The notes under the pieces: model-generated
What the model saw: only the letters and a program-made list of their open reading frames with translations
What the model was told of the DNA's origin: nothing
Database searches by the model: none
From: Gnetum montanum
Lineage: Eukaryota; Plantae; Gnetophyta
Length of the DNA: 64,000 bases
Assembly (NCBI GenBank): GCA_015680685.1
Contig: MNCI01002227.1
Location: 1-64,000 of the forward strand
Direction: 5' to 3'
Shown: positions 1 to 11,379 of the stretch, in pieces
Layout of the letters: each line of letters begins with the position of its first letter
How positions within the stretch are numbered: the stretch's first letter is position 1
Translations under genes and position numbers: made by a program

Positions 1-41
1 TATTCGTATGGTGGAGTGTAGGGGTATCTCGCCACTCATCA
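1..41 (+). repeat. 3' terminus of an Athila-like LTR (continues upstream of window)
   Basis: tattcgtatgg...gccactcatca matches the LTR end at 5752-5792 (about 4 differences in 41 nt) and ends in CATCA. Confidence 0.85.
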
Positions 42-71
42 ACAACAAACAACACACCGAATTAAACTAAG

Positions 72-3060
72 ATGTCTTCTTCTCATAAGAGCACTTCACC
101 ACCTAGGGATCATACAAGAAACAGTCAGCAATCCAACATGCATAACCGAGAATCGCCAGTTCCTCAATAGCATCAAGTGTTATATATTCATCCCGATGAG
201 TATATACCCGATTTCACTTTTATCCTCCATCAGGATGAACAACTGCGTTGGCGTGACTTGCAAGGTAACATAGTGTTACCTCCAGATCGGGCAATCCCTA
301 ACATGCTTCTTTGTGCTCTTGCATAGATAGGCATGACACAACTATACATTGAATACATTGTAGGTGATTTCGACACAAGGGATTATCATCCCACAGAAGC
401 ACAATGTCAACGGGACTTGCGGTAGGAGAGCCACCATACATTGTTGAAGGGCAAAGGGGTCCTGCGTGTCTTAAGCGAAATTAGAGATGGTGAACCAATT
501 ATAATAGGTTCTCCATCAAATGATGTTCTCCTCCTAACAATAGTGAGAAGGTGGGGTATCAAAACCTACGCTTCACGATACACAATCTTGGTTCTGATCC
601 CCATAAACACCAACTGTTCATCGAGGGAACAAAAACACATGATAAGGACAAGCATTCTGATCGTCATCACGATTGGGGCCATAGCCATCGAAGAGAAGGT
701 AAGAAACACCATTCACCCTCTCCTACCACATCAATACGTAGTTACAAAGAGCACAACGGTGAGGATAAGGGTAAGCGAAATGAGAGACCTCAATGAGAGA
801 GTCGAGAGAGAGGACGAGGGCAGTCTAGAGAGTCTAGGCATGGTAGAAGGAAAAGTAGGGAACCACGTAGGCATCATAGACATCATGAGAGAGATGATCA
901 TGACGAACCCCTACTTGCCACCCAAAGTATGTTAGATATTATGGAGGTAGTGAGAATACCTACAAGGCATCAAAAAGATAGTCGGATCAAGAGACTAGAT
1001 ATGAACAATATCCCATGCTTCGAAGGGGGATACAATGTTGATTCGCAAAATCAGTTACAGGAATTCCATGATGCCTGCGCCTTGCAAAATATTGAAAATG
1101 AGTGGCAGAAATTAAAGTTGTTTCCTAGGACACTCATAAAANAGATGGGCTAAGACATGAAACTAGGGGAACCCTTGGGACATATGCCCAAGGGAGACTA
1201 TCTGAACTTAGATCCCATGAAATTCATCGATTGTTGAAGTAAGTAGCTAAAGAAGAAGGGAAGCTACGGAAAAGAGAAAGCACAGAAGAATATAACTGCG
1301 ATCCTTCCCTCCAAAAGAAGGGAGTAAGATTCTGCGATGAAGAAGATGAGTCACCACTTGAAGAGTTAGTGAATAGAAAAACCTTGCTGGTTCAAAAGTG
1401 AACAACGGAAGTGTTGGCTAAGGTAGATCAAATGTGGGACTCCTTGGATAGTAGATTTGAAATTATTTTGAAAATCGTAGAGTTGTCTAAGGAACGAAGT
1501 AGTGACCATGACAAGAAGAAGCGGAGAGACTTAGGCCATGCACGTGACAAGGGTAAGGGAAAAATAACTATCACCGATGAGGTTGTGGATTTAGATAGAG
1601 ACAATGATGGTGGATTTGAGATCTACCAATATGACCATCCTAAGGGATGTTGCCCAATAATCTCACATCTACAAGAGTCTAGGGTGTATGCACTCAACCC
1701 AAGACTTAACAAACGGCAGGCACCCCGAAGGTTACCTTATCCCCAAGGTAACCCGAGGCAGTTCCACCAACCATTAACATATTATCCAAGTGAAACTCTG
1801 CCACAACCTATCAGGCAACACCAGCAATGGCAACACCCACAATCATGGGGGATGCCACCGCCTAGACAACAATACCCTTAACGGCAACTAGACCCATATG
1901 GCTACTACATGTAATAGCCAGTTTCTCCAAGTGACTCTAAGGGTCATGCAACTCCACAACATCACTACTAAGTTCAAGAGCATTTTAGGAATCCTTATCC
2001 TCTAGGAGACACACCATATGCATTCCATCCTCCGAATCCATCCACCTCTCTTATGCCGGTAGTTCCACTACCTCCTGCTCCAATAATGCAAGGGGAACTC
2101 CCCACTCAACCGTAGCAACGTAATGCTATGAGAGCTGTAAACCTTCAACCCGTTGCTAGTTCTGACAACCACAAGAAGAGAAGACCTTTCTTTAGAACCA
2201 AAAGCCCAAACAAGCTCTCACAACCACAAGTGGTTGAGTCTATGTACGCTCCTCCAACAAATAAGGCTTCGAAGCTCCCTTCAAACCCACAACAGAGCTT
2301 AATGCACACGGTTAAGTTAACACATACCGTTACCGACTGGATTAAGGTAGCCCACCTTCCTAGGAAACTCTCTGACCCTGGAAGTCCCTTAATCTACCTC
2401 CAAGTCACTGGGAATGAACCTCATAAGGCTCTTCTTAACTCAGGTTCTAGAGTCAACTTAATCTCACGAGAAATGTATAAAGCCTGGAACCTGCCTCCAC
2501 TTAAGAAGGGTAATATTCAACTAGAGCTGGCTGACCAATCCATCATCATTCCCTTGGGATTGGTGGAGGACATCATTACCACTATGTGTGGTTAGTCATA
2601 CCAGCTGATTTCCTGGTGATAGAAGTCAACAACAATAAAGGAGACTTCCCAATTATAATGGGAAGGGCATGGCTAAGTACAATAGACGCATGCCTAGGAA
2701 TTCACGATCTTTCCTTGGAAATATCTAAGGTAAACATTTATGGAAAGATCAAGAAATAGAAAGTTCCATGGATCACATACAGTGACTCATCGGGTGATGA
2801 CATGGAGGAATGCTCAGCATCTCCTACAAGCAACTGGTGTGTCCTAGAAACTCAAATACAAAGGTGCCTATATGTAGCAACCACACAACAAGTGGACACC
2901 CTATGGTTGACAGCTAATCGAAAGAGCAACCCACCAACATGCATGGAACGAACTGGGGGAACAATGTCCACAACCTGAAAACATAGATACATTGGAGTAT
3001 GAGCGTCGCTGACTTCCATCCCTTAACCTGAAAACATCAGTTGGGAGAAGTTGGACACTT
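72..3060 (+). pseudogene. gag: gag-aspartic protease pseudogene of element A (stops and frameshifts)
   Basis: ATG at 72 is homologous to the gag starts of C, E and F. ORF-track fragments 441, 551, 929, 1411 and 2128 tile one polyprotein. Confidence 0.85.
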
Positions 3061-4612
3061 CTAAGAAATTCAAACATGTGCTCGTTATTTTGGATCTCTC
3101 CCTTTCCATTCAGTCATGGAGGAGATGGCCACCCATGCTAATCATTTGGGGCCCTCAGTTCTTTTAAGTTTTTGTTTTACAAATTTCTTTAACTTTTCTT
3201 GTTTTTGTTTTACAACATTGTTCATACTTTTTCATTTCTTATGTGTGTGATATCCATCTTGTTAAGTTTGTCAGTTAATAAGTGTTCCAAAGATGGTATG
3301 AACTATTTTTCTATTGGTTGTTAATGTTTGGTTTTTACCTTTAAGTTATGATGTTGATACTAAGGTATGGTTCTTTTGATATGACAAGCAATGAGTTCAA
3401 TTCATTCATACATCCATAAATTTCTATGGTCTCTCTTAGCTTGGAAATGTAAAGTTCCTTTCTAAATAAGAACTATAAACGAACTAGTGATTAGGTATTT
3501 CTCAAACTAAGGAAAGACTCAAGGATTGAAAAGGGTGTGACTTTAAGGGAACTTGATGCATTTGTGTTGGCCATTCTCTTGGGTGCTTGGATGTTTTCTT
3601 CTTGAGTTTTCTTACCGTTTTTACATTACTTAATTATCGGGAAGCTGAGCAAACAAAAATAACAAAGTCTTTGCATGGTGTGGTTCTCACGCATAAACAC
3701 AAAAAAAATAGTGAGAATTCAAAGCACACCCCTTAGATGAAATAACCATTTGGGCTACAAGCACTGGTTATGGAACTAAAATAAAAATGTTCCCTCTAAC
3801 TAAGGCCCTTCTCGCTTTCCATTCTCTCCTCCTTCGTTTTGTTGGAATGGTGGTGGCTCTTTGGGAAGGCATTCTTGGTACTTCAAGGGGATGGATTGGT
3901 CAAATGCATTAATGTGAAGTCACTGGATGTGGTTTGTTCGAGTCCAGACTTGGAATGGGATCTGCTAAGTTACATTAACCATAAAATACACAAGGGGTTG
4001 TACACCATCTTGTTCTTGGGATTTCATTCCATTCTCTTCTCTCCATCCTTCTCTCCATTATTCACCTCATTGCCAGTTGTATCATTAGTGTATATTTTGG
4101 TTGACGCGTTGTTTTCTTTTTGGTAAATTCTTGTGGTTAATGCTTTAAATCTTGTGCCAAATGACATTCCTAGAGCCTACAGACTCTTTGAATGTGGGTT
4201 TGTCAGGGCATTAAGGGCATAAGCCTGCTTTGGGGAGGAGCCACTGACATTCCTATTTGGTGCACCAATTACATTCTTTCCCTTAAACATTTGTGTAATC
4301 AACTTTATTTGTTCATTTCCATCTTGACATCCATTTCATCGACGTTACAGTTGTCTCTTTTTCTCCATCTTTCTTGTTCTTTATTCTTTCTCCATTCTAT
4401 CACTACCGGAGGTTCACTCTTAGTCATGGGGGTTTGGACCCAAATTTTTTCGATTTTCTCCTAACCCCTACACCTTCAGTAGCCACTATGATATCTCCAG
4501 ATCCATATCAGCCATACCACAACTCAACCAATGGACCTTTCACCAAAGCAAGGTATCAATTACATTATGATTCATTTACCCTTGCTAATATAAGACTGTG
4601 TTGTGTGTGCAG

Positions 4613-4837
4613 ATGGAAATCATGCAACAACGGATTGGATCTGGAGGGAATACTTGGAATGGATCAGTGTTAAAGCAACTATGCAAGGAACGAGATGGAT
4701 GGCGTGCTTACAGATGGATAACGAAAGGCACAATCTTGGCGTTGGCAGCAGCAAAACTTCTTTCTCTCTCTCTCTTTCTCAGCTACCAAATAAGGCCTGA
4801 TGTCAAATGTATAAGGTGTTCACTCTTGTTATCGTGA
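4613..4837 (+). CDS. small (~74 aa) ORF occupying the extra/env-like ORF position in element A
   Basis: ATG immediately follows tgtgtgcag, the same context as the extra-ORF ATG in C and G. Open frame to TGA 4837 (part of ORF 4598..4837). Function unknown. Confidence 0.3.
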   Translation: MEIMQQRIGSGGNTWNGSVLKQLCKERDGWRAYRWITKGTILALAAAKLLSLSLFLSYQIRPDVKCIRCSLLLS

Positions 4838-4981
4838 ACACCAATTTTATCTTGTCTTGTAATGATGATCCATTCACATATCATCCCATTCACCATTAGT
4901 TCCATTTGAGTTAATAATCCCATATCGTCCCAATATTTTGGAAGGAACTCGAAGACGAGTTTTTATTCAATCATGGGGGTA

Positions 4982-5792
4982 TGATGGGACACGATATCAC
5001 ATGGGCCGTGACATCGCATCTTCCCCTGCGATATCGTGTATGCGATATCGCAGTGCATCGCCAAATCTATAAATAAGAGGCATCTCTCCCTTGTTTCTCA
5101 TTCTAGGCCTAGACTGTAGTGAAACTCTAGCAGTTTTACCTCTCTAGAGATAGAATAATTTCCATGTGCCTACAGTAGGAGCTACAAAGTGAATGGATCT
5201 TTGTTTGAGCAAATATTATACCTGAACACAAGTTTGCGTATGGAAATAAAGATGAACTTCTTGGATAAACCATGCAGTGCATGGACTAAGCTAGATAGGA
5301 CTTTACTTATTTTTATTTATTATTTACCATTTAAATGCTTTATTAGTTAGTTAATTCTCTCTCAACCCTTCTCCCATAGTTAAGTGCATTCAGTACGACC
5401 GCTTCGAGCATGTGCATTACACTTAGTGATCCCAGCAACGACTAGTGTTTGGTAACCAAGGTTGCATTGGTTCAGGGTGTGAACGGTAAGTGGGAACGGA
5501 TACTGATGCCAGGTTAATTAAGACTTAGTTAGTTAAAATTATTTACTTAGCCTCTTCATCCTTCACCTTATCAGCATAGGAGATAAAACATAAAAGAAAT
5601 AAAAATCATATACCTCAGACTTAATTAACCATACAACTGTGATAAATACAAGTAAGTTTGGGAAGACAATGAATGATTAACCTTAAGTGTTCCATAAGGC
5701 GTGTAAGCACTTAGTCTGCGGATTTTGACTGGATTGCGCATGTAACGCTCGTATTCATATGGTTGAGTGTAGGGATACCTCGCCACTCATCA
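4982..5792 (+). repeat. 3' LTR of element A (811 bp)
   Basis: TGATG...CATCA termini, preceded by PPT; TATA ctataaata near 5068; CGATATC motifs in U3. Confidence 0.92.
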
Positions 5793-6905
5793 ACTATCTT
5801 CACCAAGGATGATGTAGGAGTACAACATGATGAGGCCTGTTCATGATTATTGGATCCTCTCTCTCACTCTTTAGCTGCCAAGAGGAATTGGATGTTAGTT
5901 TTATCCAAGGTGTTCACTTCTCTTATCATGAACATCCAATTTTGTAAAGATTGTAACTTCGTACACTTGGGCCCTTAGAGTCTGTTTATTTCATCTAAGT
6001 TAGTCTGTATGTTAGTCAATAATCCCATACTTGCCAATATTTTGTAAGGAACATGTTCCTCCTCTTCTTCACTTGAGGATGAGTTTTCATGTAGTTGTGG
6101 GGGTATGATGAAGCACATTTTTGTATGCTTCGACATTGGGTATCCAATGTCGGAGCCAAGATGTGATGTTAGATATTCGATATCGCAGGGTATACGCTAG
6201 CTTATAAATATAGCGCTTGGGCTCATGATTTTGATATTAGTTTTGTTATAGTTAGTGAAGCTCTTGCAATTTGTTTTCTCCAGAGTTAGAATATTTTCTA
6301 AGCACCCATAGCAAGAGTCTGAGTGTGTACGAATCTTTGTTCAAATGCTGATGTACTTGAGTGCAGCAGTGTGATGTGAATAAAAACGAACCCTTTTGAT
6401 AATCCTTGCAGCACTGAGAATAGATTAATGTTTTCTTTAATGCATTTGAATTAAGTAATTAATTTTTATTTGTTAATGAACACAAGCACAACCACTTCGA
6501 GCATACATATAGTGCTTGGTAACCCAGCAACGCTTAACGTTTGGAAGTCTAGCAACACTATATGTGTTTAGGATGTGTCCAGGAAAGTGGGACGAGTACT
6601 TATGTTAGGCTAGCTAGGTAGTGAATGAATTAGATCTTAAATTACTCTACCTTTCATTCTTATTGTAGGTGATTAAACTTAGAAAACATAGAACAATAAA
6701 AATCATGTACCTCAATTGCACTTGAACCAAACCCTTGAGCTCCAAAAGTGTAGTTGGGAAGACAACGAACATTTTTAACATCCATTTCACATCCTAGAGG
6801 AACTAGTGCACTAGAGAACTATAGGTCCATGGAATTTAACCAGATCGCATGTGAATGCCTTAGTGATTCGTATGGTTGGACGTAGGGGTACCTTGCCGCT
6901 CATCA
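5793..6905 (+). mobile_element. 3' end of Athila-like element B (interrupted by A)
   Basis: 5855-6105 is homologous to A's 3' UTR (4760-4981). PPT gtagttgtgggggta is followed by an LTR. Confidence 0.85.
6106..6905 (+). repeat. 3' LTR of element B (800 bp)
   Basis: TGATG...CATCA termini, TATA ttataaata near 6202, homologous to 4982-5792. Confidence 0.9.
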
Positions 6906-7342
6906 GTGATCATTCCCAAATCAGAATAGGAGGCATTAAAGCTTATACTTCCTAACATGGTATTAAAGTCCATACCAACATCCCCACTTGAGTCCTTTAA
7001 TACTAAGGAAAATAAAGCAAAAATTTTTCCAATTCAAGATGGAACTTTTGCTTAGGGTAACATAGAGAAAATGGAGCATGGAGGAAGGCATGATCACTAT
7101 TCCCAAGTCAGAATGAAAGGTATTAAAGGCTAAACTTAGTAACATGGTATGAAAATCAAATTCAATGTAAAAGGAATAATCTATTTATATAATGAAAGCC
7201 CAAATCAACGTGATGAAAGATATTATCCAAGGGATTTTATTATTCATTTTAATTTTCAATTTTGGTTTCAATTTTTTTGAGAGAATACTCAATTAATTTA
7301 TCTATGCTTAGAACATGCCTTTAAGCTACCATTTAGGGTACT

Positions 7343-7410
7343 AGCATTGAGATTTGAACTAGTACCTCTGTGGTGCAAAGCGTATGAAACAATTGGTTGA
7401 GTTATAACTT
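7343..7410 (-). pseudogene. degenerate tRNA-like / SINE head (tRNA-Ala(UGC)-like)
   Basis: Minus strand reads ...cgctttgcaccacagaggtactagttcaaatct, resembling the plant tRNA-Ala anticodon-to-T-arm region (CGCTTTGCA....AGAGG) plus a B-box-like GTTCAAATC. Second copy at 18643-18708. Confidence 0.4.
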
Positions 7411-7917
7411 GTGCTCTAGTTTTAGCTATATTATCATAGTAGGTGGCACAAGTTAATGAGGTATTCTAACAAATTACAATTATCTATAAAAAATTTGGAG
7501 AATACTATGTTCATGGATTACCAAGAAAAAATTAACCAAGATTAGAGTAAAATTAGAAGAGAAATTTGAAGGGATTTGGCTTGAGAAAACAATGAAAGAG
7601 AGAAAAGTAGGAAAAAAATGCTGAGGAAAAGTAGGAAAAAATTGCTAAACTTGCATTTTGCAGGTCTTCCTTGAAAAAGATGAATAACTTGATAGTGGAG
7701 TATCTTAGTTTCTTCCATGAACAATTGCATATTTTAAAACAACCTTTTCAATATGCTTTTTGATTAGATCGAAAAGCAAAAAAGCCTAGTCATATTATTA
7801 TGCTTCTTGCAAATAAATATTGGAAACTAATGAAAGATATTCAAAATATTTTCCTATTTAATAAATTCAAAGTGAATAGATTAATGTAATATGATATTAT
7901 ACTTCTTGAAGTAACGA

Positions 7918-8352
7918 TAATGTCCTTAAAAGATAATAATGAGGTGTTAGCCTAGTGATATGGGTCTTGGCCTGGTAACTCTAGGTCACAACATCGATTC
8001 TACTAGGTAGCATTGAATTATAACTTCTATAAGTCTTGGTGTGTACCTATGTTTAACTTATTTTGGGTTCCAACACACCTGCTAATGTCCTTAGAAGTTG
8101 CCAGTGATAGATGGCTCAAGTGGTTAGCTCACTATCTTATTTGGTGAGAGGTTGCCACTGCAAGTCATACTTCAAGCATTGTTATGTTCCTCTACAACTC
8201 TTCTAAGGTACCATGTTCTCAATATGTCTTGGTGTGAACTAATAGTTATCCTTTCAAGATCCAATACCGATAATATACTTAGAAGTTGAAAGTATTTGTT
8301 GGTTCACAGCTTGTCCTCATAATCTTTATAAATTTTAATAATGAGGTGTTAG
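7918..8352 (+). repeat. tandem ~165-190 bp modules with tRNA-like A/B-box heads
   Basis: Repeated ataatgtccttagaagtt junction (7918, 8083, 8270). A-box-like tagcctagtga (7948) and tggctcaagtgg (8112), each with a degenerate B box downstream. Confidence 0.5.
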
Positions 8353-8353
8353 A

Positions 8354-11161
8354 TGTTACATCCCTTTTGGAGACCTTGGGTATGGCAATACGATTATGAT
8401 ACATACCTTACGTATGTAGTCTCAGTGGGTTATTAGGGATGAGTTAGTTTATTATAATTATACTTTATATATTATGAGGCTTTCTTATTTATGTTATGAT
8501 TATGATGTCTTTACATGCTTAACCAACATGATTATGTACACTAGTCCTGTGTGATGTATTAGACAAGTGATGTTGCTAGAAATGAAGTTGGATTAGGGTA
8601 CAAGAGCACCTACTTGGTATGTATTTATACTTTATGTGTGATTTATTTCTGCATTTGAATTGTAGCATTGGGTTGTATGATGCTTGGATGTGATTTTAGC
8701 ATGTGGATGTTTAGAGCGTTTCATATGGATCTCATAGGTTTAAACAAATTTTAATTTGGAATTTTGGTGTGTGTGTTATGCACATTTGAAATGCAGGGTA
8801 TAAGTTGTAGAGGGATAAAAAAAATAAACTTATTTAAAAAAATTAGTTAAAAAAATGGTTAAAAAGTAAAGTTAGATTTTGCACGTGACGTGCGCTAAGA
8901 AAAGAAGCTTGCTTATATATATATTTTTAAAGCTTATGCTTTAAGCATAGTTTCTTTTTTATGTTTGGTTTTTCTTTAAAACCACCGCCATTTATTTCCT
9001 CTTTTTCCTTTTTGCATTGCCTCCCACCTCTAATGAATTTGGGGTTTTGATTTTTGAAAATAGAAACCGATTTCCAATTTCTTCTCTTCTGTTTTCCCAC
9101 TCTTTTTTCTGAAATTTTGGCATTGTGGATGGCTTTTACTTACTCTCAATCTAGATTTAGGATTTCTATTATCATATCTATGTGGGTGCAAAACTTATTT
9201 GGAGTGAAACTGAGTTTTGGTGGATTTTTGAGAGTTTTATGCTTACTTCAGAGTTTTTGCCACAACTGGGTTGCCTTTATCTTTTCCCTATATTTTTGTG
9301 CCATATTAGTGTATATGATCATGCAATGTGGGCATGTGTGGTAGCTAGTTAAAATATTGAGTTTGGACATATTGTTTTACAGATTTTCCAAAATTTTATG
9401 CTTTGTTTGTAGATTGTTTATTACGAAATATGTGATGTATAACATGATGTAGACTTGTGGAATATTAGATGTGATGTTGATGAGACTAGCATGATCAAAC
9501 TATTATATTTTATGGGCCTATTGTTATGTGAGAGTTTCTAGGAATTCCAATTATCATAGGCTATAATTATATATTATTATTTATTATTTTATTAATTAAA
9601 TTTTTAACACACATAACTTTACTTCTAGGAGTCCGATTTAAGTGAAATTAGTGTCATTGGGATTGTCTTGAGACATAATTTCTAATTGTGGAATTTATTT
9701 TTACTTTTAGAATATATCATCTTGGAGGTGGCAATAGTGGTTAGTTTTAAGAAACTATATGTAGTTTGAGAGGTATGGTTGTGGTATAATATGCTGGTTT
9801 GCCAAGTTGTGGTATTGTTTTCATGGAATGAATGTGATTGTTAGGTGTGGATATATGTGGTCATGTTATGTTTTTTTTGAATATGTTGTGCTTGTAACTT
9901 GTATTGGCCTAAGCTAGCTTAGAGTTGTACATGTCTTTAAAATGACGGTTTTAACTACGGTTGGCTGGTGATGCTATTATAAGGATGTGGACTAGTTGGT
10001 GATGAGGCACCCTAGAGGTAGTTGTGGATTGACCCCCATTGTGATGCATCAGTGAGGCTCCTATTGCAAGGCTCATCCTGAGAGTGGAAGAGTGTAGGTG
10101 TGTTCATCCCTACGGTTGGTATGTAGTATAGGTGTGTTCATCCCTATAGTTAGTCCTCTAAAAGGCTAGTAGTTGTAGGTCATAGGTTGATGGACATTAA
10201 CATTGATTGGATAAATAAAAGACTAATAAAAGACCTACACACAATGGTTGTTTAAGAGTACTCATGACAACATTTCACATGCTACACTGAGTGTGGATAT
10301 GCTAGTGACCACATGGGTAAGGTGTATATGATGGTATCAATTTATCAGTCATAATGTGAATAACATATATATATATATATGATTGACCTATGATTATGTG
10401 GTACATATGTTGTTTGATGATATGGAGTGGGTATGATGGCATGGGCATGATAGTAGGGATATATGTGGTCTGGTATAATGGATTTATAATTGATTGTGTT
10501 TGATAGTGGTTATGTCTATGAATATGTGATAGCCATCTATTTACTTTAGTAATGATTATGCTAGTGCTATGTATGATATCATATGTACATGTGTTGCTTG
10601 AGCATATGCAAGAATAATAGTTGATGCAGGTTGCCTTGTACCCCATTCCTCTCCTCTAGTGCAGCACTTATTGACCATCTAGTAAGGCAAGTGTAAAGGC
10701 TTCCCACTCAGTTTTATGCTAACTTTATTTAGTTACAGGTGGAAGTTGTAGGGATGCAAGTGAGCATTAAGAGGGAGTAGAGGAGGGGATAATCTTTAGA
10801 GATTGGTTGATGTATATTTCCATGCACAATAGTATGGACTATTTGTATTTGTATGACCCTCACTATACTCTTATACATATATGATGATGTTTATGTATTT
10901 TTGTATCTTATGAGAGTAGTACAATTTTTTGGTTTATGTAGAGACATGCAATTTCATATATTGAAATGTATACTTGGTCTTTAGTTTAACATGGATTTTT
11001 ATGTAGTTTGACCTTCCATAATATATATATATTGAGTGATTTATTCTTAACATATTTTCATACATTATTAACTTCCAATTTATCATGCTTCCATGGTATT
11101 ATTACAAGTGATCATAGGCATTACTCCAACCTATCTAGGTGTGGTAGGATGAGGTGTTAGA
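8354..11161 (+). repeat. 5' LTR of the Tekay-like element (~2.8 kb)
   Basis: Starts TGTTACATCCC exactly where duplicated-segment homology stops. Ends gaggtgttaga (ancestral ...gtgttaca), followed by tgatattagagc (about TGGTATCAGAGC, tRNA-iMet PBS, 11165-11176). Confidence 0.75.
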
Positions 11162-11379
11162 TTGTGATATTAGAGCTAGTTTACTCTAATGTTGTATGAT
11201 GTTTGGGGTACTCATCAATTTGTGATTTCAGGTTACATATATGTATAGTAGATGCAGTCCTAATGCTAACGCAGCCCACAGGTCATAAGGGCCTACTATT
11301 TAGCAGGCGTAGCCTTCTCAGGCATCTAGTAGTGGTCTTGTAAGTAGACAACCAGATGTTATTGAACAACTATTATAGA

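Larger units (their letters stand above)
1..5792 (+). mobile_element. Athila-like LTR retrotransposon A, non-autonomous (gag + protease; RT/RNaseH/integrase absent)
   Basis: Gag motifs (DACALQNIENEWQKLKLFPRTL), protease region (DPGSP...KALLNSGSRVNLI...LELADQS), then a jump near 3060 to sequence homologous to the post-integrase region of element E (~47760-47820). PPT tcaatcatgggggta precedes the LTR at 4982. Confidence 0.85.
6906..8352. repeat. Duplicated non-LTR segment, copy 1
   Basis: Colinear with 18213-19461 (for example gtgatcattcccaaatcag / gtgatcatttccaaatcaa; agatttgaactagtacctct in both). Confidence 0.9.

Noticed and set aside
441-935. 164-aa ORF as an independent gene
   Set aside because: The first part is the gag frame; the rest is an off-frame read of the Arg/His-rich gag tract after a frameshift.
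3839-4673. Hydrophobic ORFs (3839, 4192, 4374) as env/transmembrane proteins
   Set aside because: They lie in the T-rich non-coding spacer, start at non-ATG or weak codons, and frames are not conserved in C, E or G.
9054-10646. ORFs 9054..9344 and 10302..10646
   Set aside because: They lie inside the Tekay LTR and are composition-driven, with no domain similarity.
8341-11161. gaggtgttaga at both 8343 and 11151 as an 11-bp TSD
   Set aside because: The left copy is part of the pre-existing tRNA-like module (also at 7941). The right copy is the LTR's own terminus followed by PBS and gag, so it is not a solo-element TSD.
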